Assembly: GCA_965208575.1 (NCBI GenBank)
Contig: CBDBOV010000003.1
Coordinates: 704,001-768,000, forward strand
Origin: Spirochaetia bacterium
GTDB lineage: Bacteria; Spirochaetota; Spirochaetia; SZUA-6; Bin103
Direction: 5' to 3'
DNA: 64,000 nt
Shown here: in pieces, positions 1 to 9,533 of the stretch
Layout of the letters: every line of letters starts with the position of its first letter
How positions within the stretch are numbered: position 1 is the first letter of the stretch
The notes under the pieces: generated by a model
Seen by the model: the letters and a program-made list of their open reading frames with translations, nothing else
Told to the model about the DNA's origin: nothing
The model's database searches: none
Made by a program: the position numbers and the translations under genes

Positions 1-1513
1 GGTTCTCGGACGACCAGGCGAACGCCAGACTCTTTTTGATGGCGGGCCAGAGCTCGGCCAGCCACGCGGAGTCGCCCGCTATCTTCCAGTCCCGGTACAC
101 CTTGACGATGCCGCCGAACTGGCCGTCGGCGCATGGCCGGAACGACGACCGCCCGCGGCCGAGTGGAAGCTGCAGGCGAAAGCTCATGCCGCCGTCCTCG
201 CGCAGGTTGTAGCGGTAGTCGGCCTCGCGCATACCGCGTTCCAGCCGCGGAAACAGGAACGGCAGCGCGTAGGCGTAGTTCCACACGTGGGTGCAGCTCC
301 CCTCGCAGCAGATCTCATCGGGGTGGCAGCCCTCGAATCCGTAGAAGGTGCCGTCCTGCAGGCGCAGCACGGTCGGGCTCTTGAGCACCGACAGGTTCGC
401 GGACACCGCATCGACCACGGCCGCGGGCAGCGTCGAAGAAAACAGCGACTGCTTGAACGACAAGGTGTTCCGGTGCAGCCGGTCCCAGTTCGACAGGGCG
501 TAGCGCGCCGCGTCGCCGGAGTCCTTCCAGAGCGTGGCGTAGTAGTTCCGCCAACTGCTGGCGGCGGGCTCTCCGCTCACCGGATCGTGCTGCGCCGGGT
601 TCCAGTAGTTGGTGTAGACGGGGAAATTCCACGCCAGTACGAATCTCGCCCGGCCGCTCGATCCCGGTTGCACGCGCAGATGCGCGGCCAGCAGGCAGTG
701 GGCGCTGCGCAGGCCTGCCCCACGGGCGCGGACTTCTTCGTAGCCGCGATTCGCGAACCTGCCGGCCGTCGACAGGTCGCGCCAGTAGGCGCTCACGTCA
801 TCGACCCACATCCCCTTGTAAGCGGCCCGGCGCCAGTACTCCTGGTAGCTGACATCGCTCGCGTCGGTGGCCACGGTCATGTCTCCCGCCGCCGGGCCAC
901 CCGCTCCCGCGCCACGCGCTTCCATCCCGATCATGGAGAGTCCGTCGATCCGCTGAAACCGGTTGACCTTGGCGTCTCCCGGTACCGGGTTGTTGACCGA
1001 CAGGCAGACCGTGTAGGTCAGCGCCATGTCTTGAGGGTTGTGGACCTCGACCTCGAAGAAGGCCGCCGGGATGCTGGAGTCGTCCTCGTCGAGCGGAATG
1101 AAGGGGTTGAACGCGGTGATGGTCACGGTGCCGGGAAACGCGTCGTCGCGCAGCGAGAGCGCGGCGATCGGAAACTCGCCGCGGAAGCTCGCGGTACGGA
1201 AGTGTGGCGCCGCCGACAGGTGGCTGCGCGGCGGACCCGATCCGAACGGCGTGCTGCCGGCGCCGGCTCTCAGGCTCCCGGTGTACGGCGGCTGAAGATC
1301 CCCCTGCAGGACGCGCGCGTCGAGCACCTCGCCGTCTCGTTCCGCCCTGACGGCAAAGTGGGTGTAGCCGTTGCTGCTGCCCTTGTTGGGCCGGTTGAAG
1401 ATCTCCCAGTCGACCAGCCGCCCGTCACCCGCCAGGCCGATGCAGCCGCTGCCGATCCCTCCCAGCGGAAACGAAATCTCCGCGGTCTTCGAGCCCTCAT
1501 AGACAAGCTCCAT
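1..1513 (-). CDS. Glycoside hydrolase family 116 (GBA2-like beta-glucosidase), 3' end runs off the window
   Basis: Not in the ORF track because there is no stop in the window. Manual translation from ATG 1513 gives MELVYEGSKTAEISFPLGGIGSGCIGLAGDGRLVDWEIFNRPNKG, later CEGSCTHVWNYA and ADGQFGGIVKVYRDWK, all GH116 motifs. Confidence 0.9.
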   Translation of the reverse strand, partial: MELVYEGSKTAEISFPLGGIGSGCIGLAGDGRLVDWEIFNRPNKGSSNGYTHFAVRAERDGEVLDARVLQGDLQPPYTGSLRAGAGSTPFGSGPPRSHLSAAPHFRTASFRGEFPIAALSLRDDAFPGTVTITAFNPFIPLDEDDSSIPAAFFEVEVHNPQDMALTYTVCLSVNNPVPGDAKVNRFQRIDGLSMIGMEARGAGAGGPAAGDMTVATDASDVSYQEYWRRAAYKGMWVDDVSAYWRDLSTAGRFANRGYEEVRARGAGLRSAHCLLAAHLRVQPGSSGRARFVLAWNFPVYTNYWNPAQHDPVSGEPAASSWRNYYATLWKDSGDAARYALSNWDRLHRNTLSFKQSLFSSTLPAAVVDAVSANLSVLKSPTVLRLQDGTFYGFEGCHPDEICCEGSCTHVWNYAYALPFLFPRLERGMREADYRYNLREDGGMSFRLQLPLGRGRSSFRPCADGQFGGIVKVYRDWKIAGDSAWLAELWPAIKKSLAFAWSSEN

Positions 1514-1518
1514 CGACG

Positions 1519-1575
1519 TCAGTGGTCTATGCGCAGGAGGCGTTCGAGATCCCGCGCCCCGTGGATCACGCGCAA
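1519..1575 (-). pseudogene. C-terminal remnant of a ParE/RelE toxin
   Basis: Reads LRVIHGARDLERLLRIDH*, the typical ParE C-terminal 'RVLHGARD' motif. It overlaps the parD stop; the rest of the toxin is missing. Confidence 0.75.
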
Positions 1576-1916
1576 TCCGACCGTGCCTCTAGCTGCTTGC
1601 GCAAGCGCCGCATCGCGCTCGGGCCGTCGGTTACGCGGCCGTGTTCCACGTCCTGCATCGCCGCGTCAACCAAGCCGCCGAAGTGAGCCCGCGCGCGCGC
1701 CTTCAAATCCGCCGGAAGCTGCTCCGCTTCCTGTTCGCTCAGTCCATCGTAGATCCATTTCTCCAAGAGGCGGCGATGCTCGCTCTGCTCAAGCAAGCGC
1801 AGTCCCTCCCGGACCACTTCGCTGGCGGTTCTATAACGTCCCGCCGACACCAGAGCGTCCACGAAGGCATCCTGGTGTCGGGGCAGGGAGACGTTCCTGG
1901 TCTGCCGGTCAGCCAT
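1566..1916 (-). CDS. parD: ParD-family (CC2985-like) RHH antitoxin
   Basis: TRNVSLPRHQDAFVDALVSAGRYRTASEVVREGLRLLE is the ParD signature. Confidence 0.9.
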   Translation of the reverse strand: MADRQTRNVSLPRHQDAFVDALVSAGRYRTASEVVREGLRLLEQSEHRRLLEKWIYDGLSEQEAEQLPADLKARARAHFGGLVDAAMQDVEHGRVTDGPSAMRRLRKQLEARSDCA

Positions 1917-2119
1917 GGCGTCAGTCTGCCATAATATCGGTCACATATCAATATTCGCCACACCGTTCCAAATCTGGGGTTGCGCTCCGTAAGGTAGTCG
2001 ACACAGATCCTGGCGGGCTCGCTGGCAGGTTCGTTGGGGTCCACGAAGTACGCCCACCAAGTACGCATTGTCGCGTTGCGACGCAGGCAGGATATTCCGG
2101 GTCAACGAGGGTACGGAGG

Positions 2120-5100
2120 GTGAAGGGAACAGCGCAACTCGCGGTGCCGGCTGGGGCGGAGGAAGGGTTGCCGTCGCGGTCGGGGATCGGTCCGGGCGCC
2201 ACGGCACCGGCGGCGTGCGTCCTGCACGGCGCATGGGTGCCCGGCGAGGCTGGCGGCCGGTTCCTGGTGTGGGCTGAAACCACGCACCGCACGCGCCGGA
2301 GGCGCGCGGGCGACCATCCATTCCAACTGCGCCGGGAGCAACTCGCGGACGCGCTCGCGGAGGCGTGGCCGTCGCTATTCGAAACCGCCGGTATTGCGTC
2401 CAAGCGCGGTTCGGCCTGGGCCGTATTGCCCAGTGACGGCGAGCGGCCCGCGCCTTCGCTGGAGTTGCAGGCGGAGTTGGACGAGGAGATCGCCGCCGTA
2501 ACCGGCTGGGAGACCTGGCGGGTGGATGTGGCGGAGGTGGCCGACCCGCTCGCATTGCTTCGCGCGCTCGATCGGCGCCCGCAGGTGACGCCGCGCACGG
2601 GTGCGGCGCAGGTCATCCGGATCGGGGACGATGTGAGCTTCTGGAGCCGCTTGGCCGGGAGCTTCGAGCGGGCCGTTCGCCACCACGAGTATCTGCCGGC
2701 CATCTTCGCAGCGCGACCGGAGGCACCGCCGGCGCCGCAGTCGCGCCGCAACCGCCGCAACCGCGGCAACCGCGGCAGGATGGCGCGCGAGCGTGCCGTT
2801 CGGTTCGAAGCTGGCTGGGAATTCTCAGCCACCGCGGAGGAGAGCATCGTGGAGCCATTCGCCCGCGCGATGCCGGGGGCGTGCCGGGCGCTGTGGGCGG
2901 CAGCGCCTCCCAGGACCGGAGAGGATCCCGAGTTGCACGAGCCGCGCGCGCTCCTGCGCCACTTCCTGGCGGTGCACCTGCACCGGCTTGTTGGCGGCAC
3001 GCGGTTTCCGCAGTCGGTATTGAAGAGCGTCCAAGGGTCGTTTCTGGTGCAGGCGCTGCCGCCGGCTGAGCCTGCTCACCCGGTCGCACGGAGTCACGAA
3101 GCTCCTATCGGTGAACACACCTGGGCGCAGTGGCGGCGCTGGCGCGACCGCATGCGGCGGTCGGCGCTGGCCGCCGACGAACGGGTGTGCTTCCGCCTGG
3201 CTGACGCGAAGGGCGGGTCGCCCGACGCCTGGCGCCTCGAGTGGCTCCTGTCATCGCGCCGCGATCCGTCACTGCTGGATTCGCTCGCCGACTACTGGGG
3301 ATCCGGGAGCTCCGCGCGGCCGGGGGCGCGCAGCGTGCGCGAGATCCTGTTGCAACTGGGCCAGGCGGCGCGCATCTACGCCAAGCTCTGGGAGGGCATG
3401 GACAGCGAGGCCCCCGCGGAGGTGGTCCTGGACCGCGCCGAGGCGCTCGAATTCCTGCGCCGGCAGGCCCCGATTCTGCAAGGAGCGGGGTTCCGGGTGA
3501 TCGTGCCGGCGTGGTGGACCGCGACCGGCCAGCGGCGCCTGCGCCTGCGCTTGACGTCGCGGAGTTCGAGCGGCGCAGCCGCTGCCAACGGCACAGCCGC
3601 TCCCGGATCCGAGCCGGCGGCGATGCTGGGGTTCGACACGCTGCTCGCGTTCAATGCGCAGGTGGTCCTGGACGGCGAGCCGATCACCGCGAGCGAGTGG
3701 CGAAGCATCGTTGCGGCAAAGGAAGGCCTGGTTCGGCTGCGCGGGCAGTGGATGGAATTGCGCGGCGACGAGGTGGCGCGTCTGGAGGAGTACTGGGCGG
3801 CCGATGCCGGTTCACAGACCATGACGGTGGCCGACCTGTTGCGCGCCGAGGCTGGTTCCGACGCCCTGGAAGTGGTCTGCGAAGGCGCCGTCGGCCGCAT
3901 GCTCGCCGTCCTGCGCGGCACCGGCTCGCTGGAGATGCTCGACCAGCCCGCCGGGTTCGCCGGCGAGTTGCGCGGCTACCAGGTGCGCGGGTTTTCCTGG
4001 CTGGCGTACCTGGAGCGCCTCGGATTTGGAGCGTGCCTGGCCGACGACATGGGGTTGGGAAAGACCATCCAGGTGCTGGCGGCGGTGCTGCAGGACAAGG
4101 CGCGCAACCCCGATGCCGGGCCCACGCTGCTGATCGCACCCACCTCGGTGGTCGGCAACTGGCAGCGCGAAACGAGACGTTTTGCACCGGCGCTCACCAC
4201 CTGCCTCCACCACGGACCGCAGCGGGTCAGGACCGGGGAGGCGTTCGAGGAAGCGATCCGGGGCATCGACATTGTCGTTGCCTCGTTCGGAGTCGCCCGG
4301 CTGGACGCGTCGGTCCTGCAGAAGGTGCGCTGGTGGCGCCTGGTCGTGGACGAGTCCCAGAACGTCAAGAACCCGACGGCGGCGGTGACCAAGGCGATCC
4401 GCGGCATCCCGGCGCGACGGCGCATCGCCCTGACCGGCACTCCCGTCGAGAACCGGCTGATGGACCTGTGGTCGCTGTTCAGCGTGCTCAATCCCGGCTT
4501 CCTGGGCACCATGGCCGAGTTTCGCAAGAACGTGGAGCGGCCGATCATGCGCGACCGCAGCCGCGCGGCGACCGAGCGTCTGCGCAGCCTGGTGCGCCCG
4601 TTCATCCTGCGCCGCATGAAAACCGACCGTGCGATCATCAAGGATCTGCCCGACAAGGTGGAACAGAACTCCTACTGCAATCTGACTCCCGAGCAAGCCA
4701 CCCTGTATGAAGCGGTTGTCCGCGACCTGGAAGCGAGGCTCCGGGACACCGAGGAGAGCGGGCGCCAGGGGCTGCTGCTCTCCACGCTGCTGCGCCTGAA
4801 GCAGATCTGCAACCATCCGGCGCAGTTTCTCCAGGATGCCAGCGAGTTCACCGAGACACGCTCGCACAAGCTGGCGCGCGTTTGCGAGATGCTCGACGAG
4901 ATCGAGGCGGAGCGCGAATCGGTGCTGGTGTTCACTCAGTTCACGGAAATCGGCAAATCGCTGGAAGCGCTGTTCCGGCGGCGCTACGGCGGCGCGGTCT
5001 ACTACCTGCATGGCGGCACGCCGCGGGCGCGGCGCGAGCACATGGTGGAGGAGTTCCAGGATCCCGAAGCCGAGCCGGCGATCTTCGTGCTGTCGTTGCG

Positions 5101-5407
5101 TGCCGGCGGCACCGGCATCACGCTGACGCGGGCGAATCACGTCATTCACTTCGATCGCTGGTGGAATCCCGCCGTCGAGAACCAGGCCACCGACCGCGCC
5201 TACCGCATCGGGCAGCGCAACAGCGTGTTCGTCCACAAGATGGTGACCATGGGCACGCTCGAGGAGCGCATCGACGCGTTGATCGAGTCCAAGAAGAAGC
5301 TGGCGGAGGATATCGTGGGCGGCGACGAGTCGTGGCTGGCGAATCTGGACAACGACGCCTTTCGTCGGTTGATCGCGCTGGACCGCGGCGACGCGGTCGT
5401 GAGCTGA
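2120..5407 (+). CDS. SNF2-family helicase/ATPase (DUF3670-type N-terminal region)
   Basis: Motifs LADDMGLGKT, VVDESQNVKN, LTGTPVENRL, LSLRAGGTGITL and HFDRWWNPAVENQATDRAYRIGQ. Start placed at GTG 2120 (approximate); the ORF-track extension to 287 is antisense to GH116/parD. Confidence 0.92.
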   Translation: MKGTAQLAVPAGAEEGLPSRSGIGPGATAPAACVLHGAWVPGEAGGRFLVWAETTHRTRRRRAGDHPFQLRREQLADALAEAWPSLFETAGIASKRGSAWAVLPSDGERPAPSLELQAELDEEIAAVTGWETWRVDVAEVADPLALLRALDRRPQVTPRTGAAQVIRIGDDVSFWSRLAGSFERAVRHHEYLPAIFAARPEAPPAPQSRRNRRNRGNRGRMARERAVRFEAGWEFSATAEESIVEPFARAMPGACRALWAAAPPRTGEDPELHEPRALLRHFLAVHLHRLVGGTRFPQSVLKSVQGSFLVQALPPAEPAHPVARSHEAPIGEHTWAQWRRWRDRMRRSALAADERVCFRLADAKGGSPDAWRLEWLLSSRRDPSLLDSLADYWGSGSSARPGARSVREILLQLGQAARIYAKLWEGMDSEAPAEVVLDRAEALEFLRRQAPILQGAGFRVIVPAWWTATGQRRLRLRLTSRSSSGAAAANGTAAPGSEPAAMLGFDTLLAFNAQVVLDGEPITASEWRSIVAAKEGLVRLRGQWMELRGDEVARLEEYWAADAGSQTMTVADLLRAEAGSDALEVVCEGAVGRMLAVLRGTGSLEMLDQPAGFAGELRGYQVRGFSWLAYLERLGFGACLADDMGLGKTIQVLAAVLQDKARNPDAGPTLLIAPTSVVGNWQRETRRFAPALTTCLHHGPQRVRTGEAFEEAIRGIDIVVASFGVARLDASVLQKVRWWRLVVDESQNVKNPTAAVTKAIRGIPARRRIALTGTPVENRLMDLWSLFSVLNPGFLGTMAEFRKNVERPIMRDRSRAATERLRSLVRPFILRRMKTDRAIIKDLPDKVEQNSYCNLTPEQATLYEAVVRDLEARLRDTEESGRQGLLLSTLLRLKQICNHPAQFLQDASEFTETRSHKLARVCEMLDEIEAERESVLVFTQFTEIGKSLEALFRRRYGGAVYYLHGGTPRARREHMVEEFQDPEAEPAIFVLSLRAGGTGITLTRANHVIHFDRWWNPAVENQATDRAYRIGQRNSVFVHKMVTMGTLEERIDALIESKKKLAEDIVGGDESWLANLDNDAFRRLIALDRGDAVVS
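2743..2778 (+). repeat. 9-bp in-frame tandem repeat x4 encoding RRNRRNRGNRGR
   Basis: cgccgcaac cgccgcaac cgcggcaac cgcggcagg. Confidence 0.8.
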
Positions 5408-5423
5408 CGAGGAGGGCGGCACA

Positions 5424-6305
5424 TTGTCAGGGCGGAGCAAGACCTGGTGGGGCGAGGAGTTCCTGAACGCCCTGGAGAGCTGCATGGACGCCGGCCGACT
5501 GTCGCGAGGGAGGAGCTACGCCGCGCCGCGCAGACGGACGGATTTCTCGATCCGGCAGGGCAGGGTCGAAGCCACGATGGTCGGCAACGTCAATCCTCAC
5601 TTCGGCGTCTACAAGACCCCTTACTACACCGTGAACATCGAGCTCGAAAAGGTCGGCGCTGCCCGCTGGAGAGCGATCCTGGGGCGATTGGGCTCCAATG
5701 CGGACTGGGTAACGCATCTGATTCTGGGGGAGGTGCCGCCCACTATCGAGAAGGCGTTCGCCGGCTCGAGGGTCAAGCTGCTGCCGCGCACGGGCGAGGA
5801 GATTCGCTCATCCTGCTCCTGTCCCGACTGGGCAAATCCGTGCAAGCACGTGGCGGGCGTGTACTTCCACGTTGCGGCGCTGCTCGACCGCGATCCCCTG
5901 CTACTGTTCGAGCTGCGGGGCATGGATCGCTTGCAACTCCGGAAGGCCGTCTCACAGTCGGAGTTCGGCGCGGCGTTGCTCGGCGCTGCCGGCGCCGGAG
6001 ACCGCGATCCTGCCGCGGCGGTGCGGGAGCCGCGCATCCCCGCGGTGGCGGTGAGCGGCAGCGATACCCCCGCCTCCGACCTGCGGGCGTTCTGGCGCGG
6101 GAGAACGCTGCCGCGGGAGGTGACGGCGGAGGGCCAGGCGCCGCCGGTCTCCGCCCTGCTGTTGCGCCGGGAGGGCGACTATCCGGAGTTCTGGCACCGT
6201 AACACCTCGTTCATCGAGGCGATGGCGGCCGTGTACGAGCGCGTCGCAAAGGGGATCCCGCCGAAGTCCGCCGAAGCTCTTCCCGACGGCAGCCGGCAGC
6301 TTTAG
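5424..6305 (+). CDS. SWIM zinc-finger protein (SNF2 partner)
   Basis: CSCPDWANPCKHVAG SWIM motif and GRLSRGRSYA. TTG start after GAGGAGG, 16 nt after the SNF2 stop. Confidence 0.92.
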   Translation: MSGRSKTWWGEEFLNALESCMDAGRLSRGRSYAAPRRRTDFSIRQGRVEATMVGNVNPHFGVYKTPYYTVNIELEKVGAARWRAILGRLGSNADWVTHLILGEVPPTIEKAFAGSRVKLLPRTGEEIRSSCSCPDWANPCKHVAGVYFHVAALLDRDPLLLFELRGMDRLQLRKAVSQSEFGAALLGAAGAGDRDPAAAVREPRIPAVAVSGSDTPASDLRAFWRGRTLPREVTAEGQAPPVSALLLRREGDYPEFWHRNTSFIEAMAAVYERVAKGIPPKSAEALPDGSRQL

Positions 6306-6316
6306 CCGGATCCCGT

Positions 6317-7312
6317 TTATCGAGTCTGCTTGCGGCGAATCAGGCGCAGGAAGTCGGCCTCGTCGCGGCACTGCAGCGCGGCCTGCACCAGTGCCGCAAC
6401 AGAGACGTTCTGCAGATCGGCGAGGCGCCCGGAAAGCGCTGCCGACACCGCAATGCCTCGCGACTTCAACACGTGCAGCACGGCGGTTCGCGTCATCTCG
6501 ATCCGTCCTTCCGCGCGGCCCGCGGCATGGCCCGCGGCATGGCCCGCGGCATGGCCCCGCAGGCGTTCGGCCCGCAGTTGCGGGTCGTCTTCCGGCCCAG
6601 TGCCCTCGACGGCGCCCAGTGCCCGCCCCACCCGGCGCAACGCCGTCACGGTGGCATCCGACAACTCCGGTTCGTTCAGCGCGCGGTGGATCTCCTGCGC
6701 CGTCCAGCCAGGAAAGGCGCGGCTGGAGGGCGCGGTGCGAAAGACGCCGCCCGCCAACAGGTGAATCGTCAGGCCGGGACGCAGACCCGCCGGGCGGCTC
6801 GGCGAGGACTGCTCGGGCACCTCGACCCACACCTCCGGGAAGCCCCACGACTCGTACAGCGACAGCTTGCCGAGACGCACGTCGGTGGTGTTGTCCACCT
6901 CCAGCACCACGTCCGGCAGCGTGTCGCTGCCCACTTCGATTGCCGGACCGGTGGGCCGCGTCGTACGCGGGTGCAGATACACGGTCTGGTCGGCCTCCAG
7001 GATGCGCAGGTACGCGCCATCGTCATCGCGCAGCAGCAGGTCCGCGTGGCCGAATGCCTCGATCGGCGAGCCGCGCACCAGGGCGATCCGTGTCGCGAGC
7101 TGGAGTAGTCGCTGGCCCGGGTGTTCGTGGTAGACGCTGACCGGATCACACACCATGGCGACCTCGGTAGTGGCGTCCCAGTACTCGATGCGGCGCTCGC
7201 AGTGGGCGATCTCGGCGCGCGAGATGCGCACCGGCCGGCAACCGGGAAACTCGAGCGACGGCACCTCCTGCTGCGCCGGGTGCGGCACGATGGTGGCGCG
7301 GTATTCAGCCAT
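6317..7312 (-). CDS. Uma2-family (PD-(D/E)XK) endonuclease-like protein, copy 1
   Basis: EADQTVY...PDVVLEVDNTTDVRLGKLSLYESWGFPEVW. Start at 7312 by alignment to copy 2 and the -10 box. Confidence 0.85.
   Translation of the reverse strand: MAEYRATIVPHPAQQEVPSLEFPGCRPVRISRAEIAHCERRIEYWDATTEVAMVCDPVSVYHEHPGQRLLQLATRIALVRGSPIEAFGHADLLLRDDDGAYLRILEADQTVYLHPRTTRPTGPAIEVGSDTLPDVVLEVDNTTDVRLGKLSLYESWGFPEVWVEVPEQSSPSRPAGLRPGLTIHLLAGGVFRTAPSSRAFPGWTAQEIHRALNEPELSDATVTALRRVGRALGAVEGTGPEDDPQLRAERLRGHAAGHAAGHAAGRAEGRIEMTRTAVLHVLKSRGIAVSAALSGRLADLQNVSVAALVQAALQCRDEADFLRLIRRKQTR
6526..6560 (-). repeat. 12-bp in-frame tandem repeat x3 (GHAA) in Uma2 copy 1
   Basis: (cgcggcatggcc)x3 on the + strand; absent from Uma2 copy 2. 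Confidence 0.85.
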
Positions 7313-7330
7313 GGCACCGATCCTACCACA
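7313..7330 (-). promoter_or_regulatory. Extended -10 promoter for a leaderless Uma2 transcript
   Basis: TGTGG-TAGGAT-N7-ATG; the same motif precedes Uma2 copy 2 (17912-17929). Confidence 0.65.
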
Positions 7331-7370
7331 GGAGCGACCGATCATTCCATAACCCCGCGGCACAGGGGCC

Positions 7371-7442
7371 GGCCCGCTGGTCACCAACAACCAGTGCGAG
7401 TTCGACCGGGCGGATGGCCTGCGCATGGCCCGCTGGGTGTAA
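7371..7442 (+). pseudogene. Orphan C-terminal coding fragment (family unknown)
   Basis: GPLVTNNQCEFDRADGLRMARWV* with strong GC3 coding-like bias and no start codon. Confidence 0.35.
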
Positions 7443-7484
7443 GTCCGCGCGCCCGGCGCCCGCGGCGCTCCGCTCGCCGCGCGC

Positions 7485-7513
7485 TTGACCGGGGGGCAGG
7501 GGCGGACTACCGT
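7485..7513 (+). promoter_or_regulatory. Sigma70-type promoter for SBP1
   Basis: TTGACC-N17-TACCGT, with SD AAGGAGG upstream of ATG 7558. Confidence 0.6.
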
Positions 7514-7557
7514 GGCCGAATAATCACCTGGCACGGAGTGTTCCAAGGAGGAGATCG

Positions 7558-9510
7558 ATGACTACCAGAGGAGTGTTGCTGAGCGCGGCGCTGGCGCTGC
7601 TGGCGCCGTTTGCGCTGCTGGCGGGCGCCACCGAGGAGGGCTCGGAGTCGAGCACCGAGATGGCCGTTCCGGCCGGCAAGTACAAGGAAGCGCCGATGCT
7701 GGCGGCGCTGGTGGCGGCGGGAGAGCTGCCGCCGGTCGACGAACGGCTGCCGCTGGAGCCGCGGGTGGCGCCGCCGGTGGAGGAGGTCGGCACCTACGGC
7801 GGTACGCTGAACGTGGTGTCCATCGACAAGAACCCGTGGAACGACATCACCGAGTCGCCCGAGAACGTCGGCGCCCGCTTCCTGGAGATGACCGGCGACG
7901 GTTCGGTGGTGCCCGACCTGGCGCGCGGCTACGAGCTGACCGACGACGGCAAGAGCTTCACCGTCTACATGCGCGAGGGGGCGAAGTGGTCGGACGGCCA
8001 CCCGCTCACCGCCGACGACGTAGTCTTCGCGTTCGAGGACATGCACTGGAACGACCAGGTGGAGACCTGGAACCTGTTCCCTGGCGTCAGCAGGGTGGTG
8101 AAGGTGGACGACTACACGGTCCGCTTCGAGATGGACGAACCCTACTTCGCCATGGAGCTGATCATGGTGCAGTGGCCGGGCGGCGAGTGGGTCGCCTTTC
8201 ACCCCAGGCACTACCTGGCGAAGTGGCACATCAACCACAACGACGACGCCGAAGCGGTGGCCGCGGAAGAGGGCTTCGACTCCTGGTCGGAGGCGTTCCG
8301 CTACCACTTCTGGTGGGCGCCGCTGAACGACCTGGACAAGCCGACGGTGATGGCGTGGCGGATTTCCGATCTCACCGCGACGGTCAAGGCGCTTGAGCGC
8401 AATCCATACTTCTACCAGGTCGACGAGGCGGGCCAGCAGCTTCCCTACATCGACCGCGTGGTCGCCACCATCGTGGACCCGGAGCTGTACCACCTGAAGA
8501 TCATCCAGGGCGAGGCGGACATCGCCTCCATGTTTACGGAGTTCAAGAACTGGACCCTGTACAAGCAGAACGAGGAGGCGGGCGACTACACCGTGCACCC
8601 GGCGGCGGGCATCACCGCGGCGCAGACCGGCCTGGAGATCAACCAGAATCACGACGATCCGGGCCTGCGCCAGGTGCTGAACGACGTCCGCTTCCGGCAG
8701 GCGCTGTCGATCTCCCTCAACCGCGAGGAGATCAACAAGGTGATCTACCACGGCCTCGGCGTGCCGTTCCAGGCCACCGCGATGCCGACCGCGAGCTTCT
8801 ACAAGGAAGAGTGGGGCAGGGCGTACAACCAGTTCGATCCCGACGAGGCGAACCGGCTGCTCGACGAGGTGGGCCTGACCGCGCGCGACTCGCGCGGATT
8901 CCGGCTGCGGCCCGACGGCGAGCCGATGTTCCTGGCGGTGGAGGCCACCAGCCGCACCATGCTGGAGCTGGAGCTGGTCAAGGAGTACTGGGAAGACGTC
9001 GGCCTGGAGGTGGGGATCAAGGAATTGCCCAATGCGCTGTTCAGCGAGCGCGGCCGGGCGCTCGACCACATCATCACCGTGCACCCGTTCGAGACCACCA
9101 CCGAGGTGGCCAGCTACAACTGGTCGCGCGCCGGTCCGGGCCGCTGGTGCCCGGCGTGGAACCAGTGGCTGCAGGCGAACGAGGACATTCGCAAGGGCAC
9201 CAAGACGCTGGCCGACTTCACCGACGGCATGCTGCCCGGTGAGGAGCCGCCGCAGGACGTCAAGGACCTGTACGAGTGGGGCATCAGCAAGCCGCGCACC
9301 CGGTTCCTGTCACCCGAGTACACCGAGCTGTCGCAGAAGATCTACGACCTGTGGGCGGAGAAGCTGTACATCATCGGCACCGTCGGCATGGCGCCGCAGC
9401 CGGTGATCGCCAAGAACAACCTCGGCAACGTGGTGAAGGAGTACCCGCTGTCCGCCGAGTGGGCCGGCGGCCTGCACAACGAGGTCCAGCAACTGTTCTG
9501 GAAAAACTGA
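7558..9510 (+). CDS. ABC transporter substrate-binding protein, family 5 (SBP1; EAPML...GELPPV subtype)
   Basis: Signal peptide, EAPMLAALVAAGELPPVDERLP, KWSDGHPLTADDVVF, LERNPYFYQVDEAGQQLPYID. Confidence 0.93.
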   Translation: MTTRGVLLSAALALLAPFALLAGATEEGSESSTEMAVPAGKYKEAPMLAALVAAGELPPVDERLPLEPRVAPPVEEVGTYGGTLNVVSIDKNPWNDITESPENVGARFLEMTGDGSVVPDLARGYELTDDGKSFTVYMREGAKWSDGHPLTADDVVFAFEDMHWNDQVETWNLFPGVSRVVKVDDYTVRFEMDEPYFAMELIMVQWPGGEWVAFHPRHYLAKWHINHNDDAEAVAAEEGFDSWSEAFRYHFWWAPLNDLDKPTVMAWRISDLTATVKALERNPYFYQVDEAGQQLPYIDRVVATIVDPELYHLKIIQGEADIASMFTEFKNWTLYKQNEEAGDYTVHPAAGITAAQTGLEINQNHDDPGLRQVLNDVRFRQALSISLNREEINKVIYHGLGVPFQATAMPTASFYKEEWGRAYNQFDPDEANRLLDEVGLTARDSRGFRLRPDGEPMFLAVEATSRTMLELELVKEYWEDVGLEVGIKELPNALFSERGRALDHIITVHPFETTTEVASYNWSRAGPGRWCPAWNQWLQANEDIRKGTKTLADFTDGMLPGEEPPQDVKDLYEWGISKPRTRFLSPEYTELSQKIYDLWAEKLYIIGTVGMAPQPVIAKNNLGNVVKEYPLSAEWAGGLHNEVQQLFWKN

Positions 9511-9533
9511 TCGACGGGTGGCGAGCCATTGGC

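Noticed and set aside
287-2119. N-terminal 611 aa of the 1706-aa ORF-track call
   Set aside because: It is the antisense shadow of GH116 and parD; SNF2 similarity begins only after about 2120.
2120-6305. SNF2 + SWIM as a novel system
   Set aside because: A widespread, known gene pair with nothing atypical beyond a short Arg-rich repeat.
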